58,301 bases of DNA from Actinomycetota bacterium. GTDB lineage: Bacteria; Actinomycetota; JAICYB01. Where the stretch lies: NCBI GenBank assembly GCA_035536535.1, contig DATLNZ010000086.1, forward strand, positions 1 to 58,301, read 5' to 3'. The notes beneath the pieces are model-generated. The model was given only the letters and a program-made list of their open reading frames with translations, had not been told where the DNA came from and made no database searches. Shown here piece after piece: positions 1 through 7,803 of this stretch. Each line of letters opens with the position of its first letter. The stretch's first letter is position 1. The position numbers and the translations under genes are program-made.

Positions 1-1
1 C

Positions 2-259
2 GAGGCGATGATGGAGGCCGCCGCCACGCTCAATCTGCCCACGAAGGTGGCGGCGACTCTCGTCGCCTCGACGATCGAGGGCGCGGGGGCGATGCTGTCG
101 GGGGCCGACGATCCACCCGAGGTCCTGCGCCAGCAGGTCACGTCGCCCGGGGGGACGACCGCTGCCGCGCTACAGGTCCTGGAGGAACGCGGATTTCGCA
201 TTTCCCTGGTCGAGGCGATCCGGGCAGCCGCGCGTCGGAGCGGGGAGCTGGGCGCTTGA
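2..259 (+). CDS. proC: pyrroline-5-carboxylate reductase, C-terminal fragment (5' end outside window)
   Basis: The ORF runs off the left edge. The translated tail ...QQVTSPGGTTAAALQVLEERGF... carries the conserved ProC SPGGTT segment. Confidence 0.85.
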   Translation, partial: EAMMEAAATLNLPTKVAATLVASTIEGAGAMLSGADDPPEVLRQQVTSPGGTTAAALQVLEERGFRISLVEAIRAAARRSGELGA

Positions 260-1086
260 CGACACCGGAATCGCCGGCCGCGGGGACCGCCGCAGCGGCG
301 GACGGAGCGGAGTTGGCAGCGGCTCTGGAGTCGTCCGGGGTGGCCGGTCGGATCATCACGCCCGTCCACGACGTCTACCGCAAGGCGCGGATGCTGTCCG
401 AGGGGCGCCCGTCGGCGCTCATGGGCCTGCGCCATCTGCTGCCCGTCGAGATGAGCGAAGTGATGGACGCGCTGGCGCGCCTGTCGGGCCGGCCCTTCCC
501 GCGCGAGGGCAACACCGATGACCTGTCGTGGGTGCAGCCGGAACTCGTCGTCGAGCAGGCGGTCAAGGCGGGCGCCCGGCTCGCCCAAGCCTGTGTCCGC
601 GGCGAGAAGGTCCTGTTCGGGACCGGCCATCCCGCCGGCCCGATCGACCTGTACATGCGCCTGGCCAAGGCCATGACCCTCCGCGGGGCCGAGGTGCTGG
701 AGTTCGCGGAGGCCGAGCCGTTTGAGATGGACGAGGGCCTGAGGCGTCATCACATCCGCTACGTGGGCAGGGTGGCCTGCGTGTGCAGCGGCGGCGACCT
801 CGTCCACTGCCACCAGGCCCGCCCGATGGAGTACCTGCTGGACACCGGACCGCATCCCGACCTGGTCGTAGGCGACCACGGTTTCGCCGGCGCCGCCCTG
901 GCCAGGGGAGCAGGCGCGGTGGCGATCGTCGACACCAACGACCCCGCGCTCGTGCTGGCATGGGCTCGCGGACTGCCGGTCTGTCCGATCCTGTGCGACG
1001 ACAACCGGACCCCCATCAGCTACCTGCCTCTGGCGAGGTTTCTGGTCTCGCGGCTTCCGCCGCTGGCCCCGGCTCCCGAGCACTAG
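256..1086 (+). CDS. conserved hypothetical protein (no family assignable by eye)
   Basis: 276-codon ORF with high GC3. The TTG start overlaps the proC stop (TTGA at 256-259), suggesting translational coupling. Conserved-looking segments GTGHPAGPID and VVGDHGFAG, but no catalytic motif I can name. Confidence 0.55.
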   Translation: MTTPESPAAGTAAAADGAELAAALESSGVAGRIITPVHDVYRKARMLSEGRPSALMGLRHLLPVEMSEVMDALARLSGRPFPREGNTDDLSWVQPELVVEQAVKAGARLAQACVRGEKVLFGTGHPAGPIDLYMRLAKAMTLRGAEVLEFAEAEPFEMDEGLRRHHIRYVGRVACVCSGGDLVHCHQARPMEYLLDTGPHPDLVVGDHGFAGAALARGAGAVAIVDTNDPALVLAWARGLPVCPILCDDNRTPISYLPLARFLVSRLPPLAPAPEH

Positions 1087-1172
1087 CCCGGCTTTTGCGC
1101 CCGAGCTTTCACGGAGCTGCTTTGGCAGCCGCCGCGCGGCCGACAGTAGGATGCAGCGCGAAAGGAGCAGGG

Positions 1173-1367
1173 ATGCCGCGAACAGGACGACAGCTCGCCC
1201 GCCTATTGACGGCCGCGGAGGTCGCCAGGACGATGCGGGTGTCGAGGATGACGGTCTACAGGCTCATCCGCGCCGGCTCGCTCAAGGCCGTGCGGGTGGG
1301 ACGCAACTACAGGGTTCACGAGGAGGACCTGTCCAGGTACCTGTCCTCCTCGGCCGTACCCACCTGA
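1173..1367 (+). CDS. small excisionase/MerR-like helix-turn-helix DNA-binding protein (Rv0500A/BldC-like)
   Basis: 64 aa, MPRTGRQLARLLTAAEVARTMRVSRMTVYRLIRAGSLKAVRVGRNYRVHEEDL: the classic excisionase-family HTH. RBS AAAGGAGCAGGG lies before ATG 1173. It holds the same position (between proC and bS22) as in mycobacteria. Confidence 0.8.
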   Translation: MPRTGRQLARLLTAAEVARTMRVSRMTVYRLIRAGSLKAVRVGRNYRVHEEDLSRYLSSSAVPT

Positions 1368-1407
1368 CCGTCGGCGAAGACAGTCCTTTCCCGCGCCGCC
1401 CGTACCG

Positions 1408-2325
1408 ATGGACGAGATCGAGCGTGCGCACGCGGCTGCGGTACAGACGCTGGTGGCCGCGCCGGGCAGGATTTTCGTCGTTGGGGGCATGGACTCCGGC
1501 AAGACGACCTTCTGCGCGCGCGTGGCGCGGGCCGCGGTCCAAGCGGGGCACGTGGCCGCGGTCGTGGACGCCGATCTCGCACAGTCCACCATCGGCCCCC
1601 CTTCCACCGTCGGGCTGAGGATCTTCCGGACGCTGGAGGACACCGCACCCGAGGCCTGGGGACGTCCGGACGCGATGGCTTTCGTGGGTGGAGTCGCCCC
1701 CCGCGGCAACTTTTTGCCGCTGGTGACGGGGACGGCGAAGCTTGTGATGCGCGCAATCGAGATGGGGGCCCGGCTGATCGTCGTGGACACATCGGGCCTC
1801 ATCGCCGGAGTGGCCGGACAGATCCTCAAGCTCATGAAGGCGGAGCTGTGCCGGCCCCACCACGTCGTCGCCATCGCCCAGGGCGGCGAGCTGGATCCGA
1901 TCGTCGGCGTGCTGCGGCGTTTTTTGTCGGTCCAGGTGATGGCGTTGACGGTCCACCCGGACATCAGGGTCAGGCCGGTGGACGAGCGGCTGACCTACCA
2001 GGAAAAGGCATTGGCCGCGTTTCTCGGTCCCGAGGTGCACAGGTGGCGCGTAAAGCCAACCGTGTTCATGCCCTCTCTGCCCCCGGACTTCGACCTGAAC
2101 GCGCTGGAAGGGCTGCTTGTCGGGGTCGACAACGGGCACGGGGACTGTCTGGGCCTTGGGATCCTGGAGTGCCGCGAGGACTCGCTTCGACTTCTGACCC
2201 CTGTGGCCGAGGGAGTCAAGGCGCTGAGGCTGGGCTCCGTCCGGGTGACGCCACAGGGTACGATTACCGGGCGGGTCGACATCCCGGCGATGTTCGACGG
2301 TCCGATCGACCCGAGACCCTCGTGA
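1408..2325 (+). CDS. Clp1/Grc3-family P-loop protein (polynucleotide 5'-kinase-like)
   Basis: Walker A GGMDSGKTTF, then VVDADLAQSTIGPPSTVG (Clp1-type DxDxGQ..I.PG.I), FVGGVAPRGN, and Walker B-like LIVVDTSGLI. The order and spacing are as in the Clp1 P-loop domain. Confidence 0.65.
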   Translation: MDEIERAHAAAVQTLVAAPGRIFVVGGMDSGKTTFCARVARAAVQAGHVAAVVDADLAQSTIGPPSTVGLRIFRTLEDTAPEAWGRPDAMAFVGGVAPRGNFLPLVTGTAKLVMRAIEMGARLIVVDTSGLIAGVAGQILKLMKAELCRPHHVVAIAQGGELDPIVGVLRRFLSVQVMALTVHPDIRVRPVDERLTYQEKALAAFLGPEVHRWRVKPTVFMPSLPPDFDLNALEGLLVGVDNGHGDCLGLGILECREDSLRLLTPVAEGVKALRLGSVRVTPQGTITGRVDIPAMFDGPIDPRPS

Positions 2326-2385
2326 GTGGAGCTTCGGCGCGTTCGGCGCGTCTTTGAAGTTGATCCGGATCAGAAAGGTGTGCGC

Positions 2386-2484
2386 TTGGGTTCGGTCCTG
2401 AAGAAGCGGCGCAAGAAGATGCGCAAGAAAAAGCACAAAAAGCTGCTGAAGAAGACGCGCTGGGAGCGGCTCAACCGCAAGTAG
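2386..2484 (+). CDS. 30S ribosomal protein bS22 (actinobacterial small basic protein, Rv0500B-like)
   Basis: Absent from the ORF track because it is too short. TTG 2386 (or GTG 2380) follows RBS GAAAGG and gives MGSVLKKRRKKMRKKKHKKLLKKTRWERLNRK, stop TAG 2482-2484. Near-identical in pattern to mycobacterial bS22, [21 protein letters not shown].... Confidence 0.85.
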   Translation: MGSVLKKRRKKMRKKKHKKLLKKTRWERLNRK

Positions 2485-2501
2485 TCCCGGAAGGGCTTGG
2501 C

Positions 2502-3563
2502 GTGGGCAGACGCGTCCTCATAACCCGGCTTTCCTGGTTCCTCAGCTCCCGCTTGGCACAGATGCTGGAGCAGGACCCGGACGTGGAGTACATCCTCGGG
2601 GTAGACCTGCAGGAGCCGGCAGCAGAGCTCGAGCGCACCGAATACCTGCGCGCGGACATCCGCCGTCCCGTGCTCGCGCGGGTGATCGAGGCCACCGGCA
2701 TCGACACCGTCATCCACCTCGGCCTGTACTCGACTCCCGACGAGGCGGGGGGCCGGGGCGCGATGCACGACCTGAACGTGATCGGGGCGATGCACCTGTT
2801 CGCGGCCTGCCAAAAGGCCGGGACGGTGAAGCGTGTGATCGTTCGGTCCTCGACCGCGGTCTACGGAGCCGACTCCGGAGACCCGGCGGTGTTCACAGAG
2901 GAGATGGGGCACTCCTCGCGCAACGAGCCCTTCGGACGTGACTGCTCGGAGATGGAGGGCTATGCGCGAGACTTCGCCCGTCGCCGGCGGGACGTCCTGA
3001 CCACGACGTTCCGTTTCGCCAACATCCTCGGTCCGGCGTCGGACACGCCGCTTGCGCAGTACCTGACGATGCCCATCGTGCCCACGATGCTCGGATTCGA
3101 TCCGCGGCTGCAGTTTATCCACGAAGACGACGCGGCGGACCTGCTGCTCCGGGCTCTGCGGGAGCCCGTGGCGGGGACGTACAACGCCGTCGCCGAAGGC
3201 GTCATGTACCTGTCGCAGGTGATCCGTCAGGGCGGACGGCTCGAGCTGCCCATGCCCATGGCGGCGCTGAACCTGCTGGCTCCGGTCGTGAGACTGACCG
3301 GCCAAGGGCTGCGCATACCTCCGCACGTGGTCCGGCTCATCCAGTACGGCCGGGTGGCCGACAGCGGCAGGCTGCGCACTCAGCTGGGGTACGTCCCGCG
3401 CTACACGACACGCGACGCGGTCAGGGAGTTCTACGCCGAACGCCGCCTTCGGCGCGTGGTCCGGGCGACGCAGCCACAGCCGTGGGAGAGGGAGCTTCAG
3501 GAATTCGTCACCCGCAAGGGCCGCGAGCGCTTTGTGACATCCGGATCCAGGAGGCGGAACTGA
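2502..3563 (+). CDS. NAD-dependent epimerase/dehydratase-fold protein (GalE2/Rv0501-like) with degenerate cofactor motif
   Basis: Extended-SDR fold recognisable across the length (VIHLGLYSTP, VIVRSSTAVYG, synteny after bS22). The N-terminal glycine motif reads ITRLSWFLSS instead of TGxxGxxG. GTG start at 2502. Confidence 0.75.
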   Translation: MGRRVLITRLSWFLSSRLAQMLEQDPDVEYILGVDLQEPAAELERTEYLRADIRRPVLARVIEATGIDTVIHLGLYSTPDEAGGRGAMHDLNVIGAMHLFAACQKAGTVKRVIVRSSTAVYGADSGDPAVFTEEMGHSSRNEPFGRDCSEMEGYARDFARRRRDVLTTTFRFANILGPASDTPLAQYLTMPIVPTMLGFDPRLQFIHEDDAADLLLRALREPVAGTYNAVAEGVMYLSQVIRQGGRLELPMPMAALNLLAPVVRLTGQGLRIPPHVVRLIQYGRVADSGRLRTQLGYVPRYTTRDAVREFYAERRLRRVVRATQPQPWERELQEFVTRKGRERFVTSGSRRRN

Positions 3564-4570
3564 TGTCAGAGGCACAGGTCGTCTCTCTGGCGAGGCGTGG
3601 TCCTCAGCGCTGCCGCGCGATAACGGTGCGTGGGGTCCCTTGCCGCAACCAGGCGGTGGAGGAGGCTCAGTTCTGCCGGGTCCACCTGCCCTCCGACGCC
3701 CGCGAGTCGCCCAACCTGCTGAGCGGGCCCCTGGACATCCTGCGTCGCGACGACCTTGCCGGGCTCGTGGAGTTTCTGCGCCGGCGCATGCGGGGCGAGT
3801 ACGAGGTGGACACGTTCGGCTTCGACAGGGAGCTCAGCGAGATGGTGCTGCCCGTCCTGGGCCCCCTCATTGAGAAGTACTGGCGGGTGGAGGTCATCGG
3901 CAACGACCACCTGCCGGCCGAGGGGGCGGCGCTCCTGACGGCCAACCATGCGGGTGCGCTGCCGGTGGACGGAGTGGTACTCAGGTCGCTGGTGTGGCAG
4001 CGTCCTCCGCACAGACACCTGCGGATGCTTGTGGCCGACCTCGCCTTCACCATGCCGTTTTTGTCGGGTCTGGTTCGCAAGACGGGCAACACGATGGCTT
4101 GCGCGGAGGACGCCGAGCGCCTGCTTGATGCCGGAGAGATCGTGGCCGTGTTCCCGGAGGGGTTCAAGGGCGTTGGCAAGGGGTTTCGACAGAGGTACCG
4201 GCTGCAGCGGTTTGGGCGCGGAGGGTTTGTCGAGGTCGCGATCAGGACGGGCACCCCGATCATCCCGGTTTCGATCGTAGGCAGCGAGGAGATCTACCCG
4301 ATGATCGCGGATGTTCGTCCCCTGGCGCGCCTTCTAGGCCTGCCCTACTTCCCCATTACGCCGCTGTTCCCGTGGCTCGGCCCCCTGGGGATGCTGCCCC
4401 TGCCCTCAAAGTGGATCGTGGAGTTCGGGGAGCCGATCGCCACCGAACATCTCGGTCCGGACGCGGCGTCGGACCCGATGGTGGTGTTCGAGACGACGGA
4501 TCAGGTGCGGCAGGCGATCCAGCAGACGCTGGTCAAGAACCTGCGCATTCGGCGGTCCGCGTTCTGGTGA
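3563..4570 (+). CDS. lysophospholipid/1-acyl-sn-glycerol-3-phosphate acyltransferase family protein (Rv0502-like)
   Basis: HX4D motif NHAGALPVDG and FPEGFKG motif. ATG 3563 overlaps the upstream stop (TGATG). Synteny matches the mycobacterial galE2-Rv0502 pair. Confidence 0.85.
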   Translation: MSEAQVVSLARRGPQRCRAITVRGVPCRNQAVEEAQFCRVHLPSDARESPNLLSGPLDILRRDDLAGLVEFLRRRMRGEYEVDTFGFDRELSEMVLPVLGPLIEKYWRVEVIGNDHLPAEGAALLTANHAGALPVDGVVLRSLVWQRPPHRHLRMLVADLAFTMPFLSGLVRKTGNTMACAEDAERLLDAGEIVAVFPEGFKGVGKGFRQRYRLQRFGRGGFVEVAIRTGTPIIPVSIVGSEEIYPMIADVRPLARLLGLPYFPITPLFPWLGPLGMLPLPSKWIVEFGEPIATEHLGPDAASDPMVVFETTDQVRQAIQQTLVKNLRIRRSAFW

Positions 4571-4579
4571 CGCGGCGCC

Positions 4580-5077
4580 TCAGGGGGCCGAGGCCGTGGG
4601 GGCCGGCGTCCGCCGCACCGTCCCCGGACGGGTGGTCGTCCTGAACGAATACGAGTAGCGGACGAAGGCGGTGCGCGAGTACCTCGCCTCCGCAACCAGT
4701 TCGTAACGGCCTGGCTCCAGGTCGAACTCCAGTGGCTCGTCCCACGCGTTCACACGCCGGACCACGTCCCCGCCCTGGTGTTTGAGCTCCACGTAGCCGC
4801 TTCGGGGTGAAACCGGGTATGCGGCGACGACGCGGATACGGCCGGATCGCGGCAGCGCCGGAGCGCGCACCGTCTCGCGGTGCTCCCGGTCGCAATTGGA
4901 CCGGCCCCCGCTCCGCTCGGGCCAGCAGAACGCCCGGGCGCTTTCCTTCAGTCGCGTGTCACCTGCTGTAGCCAGCAGGTCGGGAGGGCGCAGGGGGGCA
5001 AGGAACCGGTAGGCGGCCGTCCCCGTCAGCAGGAGCAGCACAACCGCCGAAATCGTCATCCAGGCCTTTACCGTCAT
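4580..5077 (-). CDS. membrane-anchored hypothetical protein
   Basis: N-terminal hydrophobic helix WMTISAVVLLLLTGTAAY followed by a soluble beta-rich region. High GC3. No recognisable motif. Confidence 0.55.
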   Translation of the reverse strand: MTVKAWMTISAVVLLLLTGTAAYRFLAPLRPPDLLATAGDTRLKESARAFCWPERSGGRSNCDREHRETVRAPALPRSGRIRVVAAYPVSPRSGYVELKHQGGDVVRRVNAWDEPLEFDLEPGRYELVAEARYSRTAFVRYSYSFRTTTRPGTVRRTPAPTASAP

Positions 5078-5126
5078 GGGGCGGTTGTAGCACGGGAGCG
5101 AGCCGGAGGCTGCACGGACGCCGCCG

Positions 5127-5974
5127 GTGGCTCATCATCGAACGGTGCTGAGGTCGGCGAAGCTCGCTCCGGTCGTGGATTACCCGGTGCTGGAGCGCTT
5201 CTGGAGGGACGCCGACGCACTCGGATACCACGCGATCTGGAATTACGACCACTTCTACGGGCTGGACGACCCGGCGCGTCCGACGCTGGAGGGGTGGACC
5301 ACGCTTGCTGCGATGGCGGCGGTCACCACTCGGGCGCGTGTCGGCTGCATGGTCACCGGCATCACATACCGGCATCCCGCGCTCGTGGCGAACATGGCGG
5401 CGACCGTGGACCACATCTCGGGCGGCCGATTGGAGCTCGGACTGGGGGCGGCCTGGCACGAGCCCGAGCACGCCGCTTACGGCTACGAGTTCCCACCGGC
5501 GTCCACCAGGATCGACATGCTGGATGAGGCCTGTTCGATGATCAGGCGCCTGCTCACTGAGGATCGCGTGGACCACACGGGCAGGCACTGGCGGCTGACC
5601 CAGGCTATGTGTAACCCCAAGCCTATGCAGCGGCACGTTCCGATGGTCATCGGTGGACCGGCGAGCGCCGCACTCTGCGGGTCGTTGCAAGACACGCCGA
5701 CGAGTGGAATGCGCCGGGACTCGGACTGGAGCCCTCGGAGTACACCCGCCTGTCGCGGATCCTGGATTCCCACTGCGAGAGGGTGGGACGTGACCCCGCG
5801 CAGATCCGCCGCTCGGTTCAGGTCTTTATCTTCCCGGACGACGAATCGCGGATACGCGAACTGCCCGGACAGATCGAAGCCTTCCGCGAGGCGGGGGCCG
5901 AGCACGCGGTTCTGTCGTTTTACTCGGCGCCGTCTCCGGACCTGTTGGAGAGACTGGCCCCCGCCGGTTCCTAG
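5127..5974 (+). pseudogene. LLM-class (luciferase-like) F420-dependent oxidoreductase, interrupted by a frameshift near 5655
   Basis: The N-terminal part in frame 0 (..YDHFYGL..GRLELGLGAAWHEPEH..VPMVIGG) continues only after a one-base backward (-1) frame change, as TGERRTLRVVARHADEWNAP...RDPAQIRRSVQVFIFP...AEHAVLSF (ends 5974). The frame-0 continuation is non-homologous Arg/Ser-rich sequence. Confidence 0.75.
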
Positions 5975-5979
5975 CGAGG

Positions 5980-6657
5980 TTACGCGCGGGAGCGCAGGAG
6001 TCCTACGTCGGGGATGACGTAGCGGCGGCCACGCCTGGCCACCAGTCCGCGCTTGGACATCGACGCCAGCGCCTTGTTCACGCTCTCCCTGGTCGATCCG
6101 ACCATGCTGGCCAGGCTCTCCTGCGAAAGCGGGACGTCGATCAGCGTTCCTTCATCGCAGGCGCGGCCGTGGCTGGCGGCCAGGTCCGCGAGTCTTCGGG
6201 CGAGGCGTCCGGAGACGTCGAAGAACACCGCGTCCTGGAGGGCGTCGTTCGCCTGTCGGAGCCGTCCCGACAGCACGCGAAGCAGGTTCAGGGCCAGGTC
6301 CGGGTGGTCGGCGATCGCCCTCGTCATGGCTGCCTTGTCCAAGGAGAGCAACTCCGCCTGCTCGATGACCGCCGCGTCCGCCGAACGCGGCGCCTCGTCG
6401 AAGAGCGACAGCTCGCCGAAGACGTCACCGGCGCCGAGTACCGCCAGAACGGCCTCGCGCCCCTCGTCGTTGTAGGCGCTGACCTTTACGGAGCCCGAGA
6501 TGATCGCGTAGCACCGCTTGCCCACCTCGCCCTGGACGAAGACGATGCTGCCCTCGCGGTACTTGCGGCGGACGGCGCGTGCGGACAGATCCGCGAGGAC
6601 TTCTTCCGAGACCGAAGCGAACAGAGGTGTGCGGCTGAGTGGGTTCTCCGCTGTCAC
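5980..6657 (-). CDS. crp: Crp/Fnr-family cAMP-receptor-type transcriptional regulator
   Basis: cNMP-binding domain (GDVFGELSLFD..PRSA) plus C-terminal HTH (SQESLASMVGSTRESVNKALASM). GTG start. Confidence 0.9.
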   Translation of the reverse strand: MTAENPLSRTPLFASVSEEVLADLSARAVRRKYREGSIVFVQGEVGKRCYAIISGSVKVSAYNDEGREAVLAVLGAGDVFGELSLFDEAPRSADAAVIEQAELLSLDKAAMTRAIADHPDLALNLLRVLSGRLRQANDALQDAVFFDVSGRLARRLADLAASHGRACDEGTLIDVPLSQESLASMVGSTRESVNKALASMSKRGLVARRGRRYVIPDVGLLRSRA

Positions 6658-6794
6658 CGAGTCCTGTCGCGCCGGGGCAGCGGACGAAGCGAGGACCGGC
6701 CCCCGAAGTAGGCGCGGCCCGCGACGTAAATCCCTATGGCCGACCCGAGGCCGAGCATCACGAACACGAGGACCAGGAGCGCGATCTCCAGCAT
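6654..6794 (-). CDS. possible 46-aa single-pass membrane peptide upstream of crp
   Basis: Not in the ORF track. ATG 6794 gives MLEIALLVLVFVMLGLGSAIGIYVAGRAYFGGRSSLRPLPRRDRTR. About 90% G/C at third positions. Its TGA overlaps the crp GTG (GTGA at 6654-6657). The RBS is weak. Confidence 0.4.
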   Translation of the reverse strand: MLEIALLVLVFVMLGLGSAIGIYVAGRAYFGGRSSLRPLPRRDRTR

Positions 6795-6859
6795 CTCTGC
6801 AGTGTGGCGGATCGAGCGCTCACGGTCCAGACGACCCGGGCCGAACCCAGGGCCGGTCC

Positions 6860-7669
6860 TCAGGATGAGCCGGGATGCGGTGCCGTGGGGATGTTGCTTC
6901 GCAGCATCTCCAGGGACGAGCCGAGAACCCGCTCGAGCGTGTCCCTGTCGTCCGCCGCCGCTCCCGGATTCACCTCCAGAGCCACCGACCGGAGGTTCGG
7001 GTTGTCCAGGGACCGCACGAACTCCGGGATCGGCAGGATGCCGTCGCCCAGGGGCGCGTGACTGTCCCTGCCGCGGCCCCGGTTGTCCGACAGGTGCACA
7101 TGGACGACGCGGTCGGCCAGCTGGCGGTACGCATCGACGATGTCTTCGCCGGCCACCGCGAGGTGGGACGTGTCCAGGGTCACGTGCGGAAAGCGCTTCA
7201 GCGACTCAAGCGTGAGGAACCGGTGGAACCCCACCCTGCGCGCGCCCACGTGGGTCGGGTACATGTTCTCCATCGTGATCATCGTCGGGGTCCCGGCCAT
7301 CGCCTCTTCGAGTTCGTGGATGGCCCACAGCGAGTACTTCACCTGCCACAGGTAGGGGGGATGAAGGACGATCACGCCGACTTCCAGGTCCCTGCTGAGC
7401 TCCAGCGTCCGGCGGATCTTCTCCACGGGGTCTGTCGTGTAGACGTTGCGCGTGAGCAGCAGCAGGGGAGCGTGGATCGCGACCACCGGCAGGTCGAAGC
7501 GGTCGGACAGCCGGCGGATGTTGTCCGCCGACTGGGTGTCGGGGTCCTGAGTAACCAGGATCTCGGCCCCCTCGCCGCCCACGGCCTTGATCACGGCGAA
7601 GGCGTCTTCCAGCGAGTGCCGCCAAAGAGGGGCGGTCGATATGGCGAGAACTGGACGGCTGTGGCTCAT
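6860..7669 (-). CDS. sugar phosphate isomerase/epimerase (xylose-isomerase-like TIM barrel) family protein
   Basis: From internal ATG 7669: MSHSRPVLAISTAPLW... with typical family segments AIHAPLLL, VIVLHPP, VTLDTSHLAV, HVHLSDN. The 86-codon upstream extension in the track is Arg/Pro-rich and looks non-coding. Confidence 0.75.
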   Translation of the reverse strand: MSHSRPVLAISTAPLWRHSLEDAFAVIKAVGGEGAEILVTQDPDTQSADNIRRLSDRFDLPVVAIHAPLLLLTRNVYTTDPVEKIRRTLELSRDLEVGVIVLHPPYLWQVKYSLWAIHELEEAMAGTPTMITMENMYPTHVGARRVGFHRFLTLESLKRFPHVTLDTSHLAVAGEDIVDAYRQLADRVVHVHLSDNRGRGRDSHAPLGDGILPIPEFVRSLDNPNLRSVALEVNPGAAADDRDTLERVLGSSLEMLRSNIPTAPHPGSS

Positions 7670-7803
7670 CGTGTGCCCGGTCGGGATCGGGAAGGCGCGC
7701 GCCGCGCGGATGGACCGCTCAATCGTAGCAACGGCACGAGCCTGCCCCCGCCATACTGTCCTCGTCGCCGCCGTCCGGCGGGCCTGAAGATACGAAAGCA
7801 GAC

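Noticed and set aside
1282-3575. Antisense ORFs 1282..2436 (384 aa) and 2370..3575 (401 aa)
   Set aside because: They lie opposite the Clp1-like, bS22 and GalE2-like genes. The second contains the reverse complement of the bS22 gene as a meaningless FFSSFLCFFLRIFLRRFF tail.
5645-5665. Programmed -1 ribosomal frameshift in the LLM oxidoreductase
   Set aside because: There is no slippery heptamer or downstream stimulatory structure at the junction (ATC GGT GGA CCG). A pseudogene or a sequencing error is more parsimonious.
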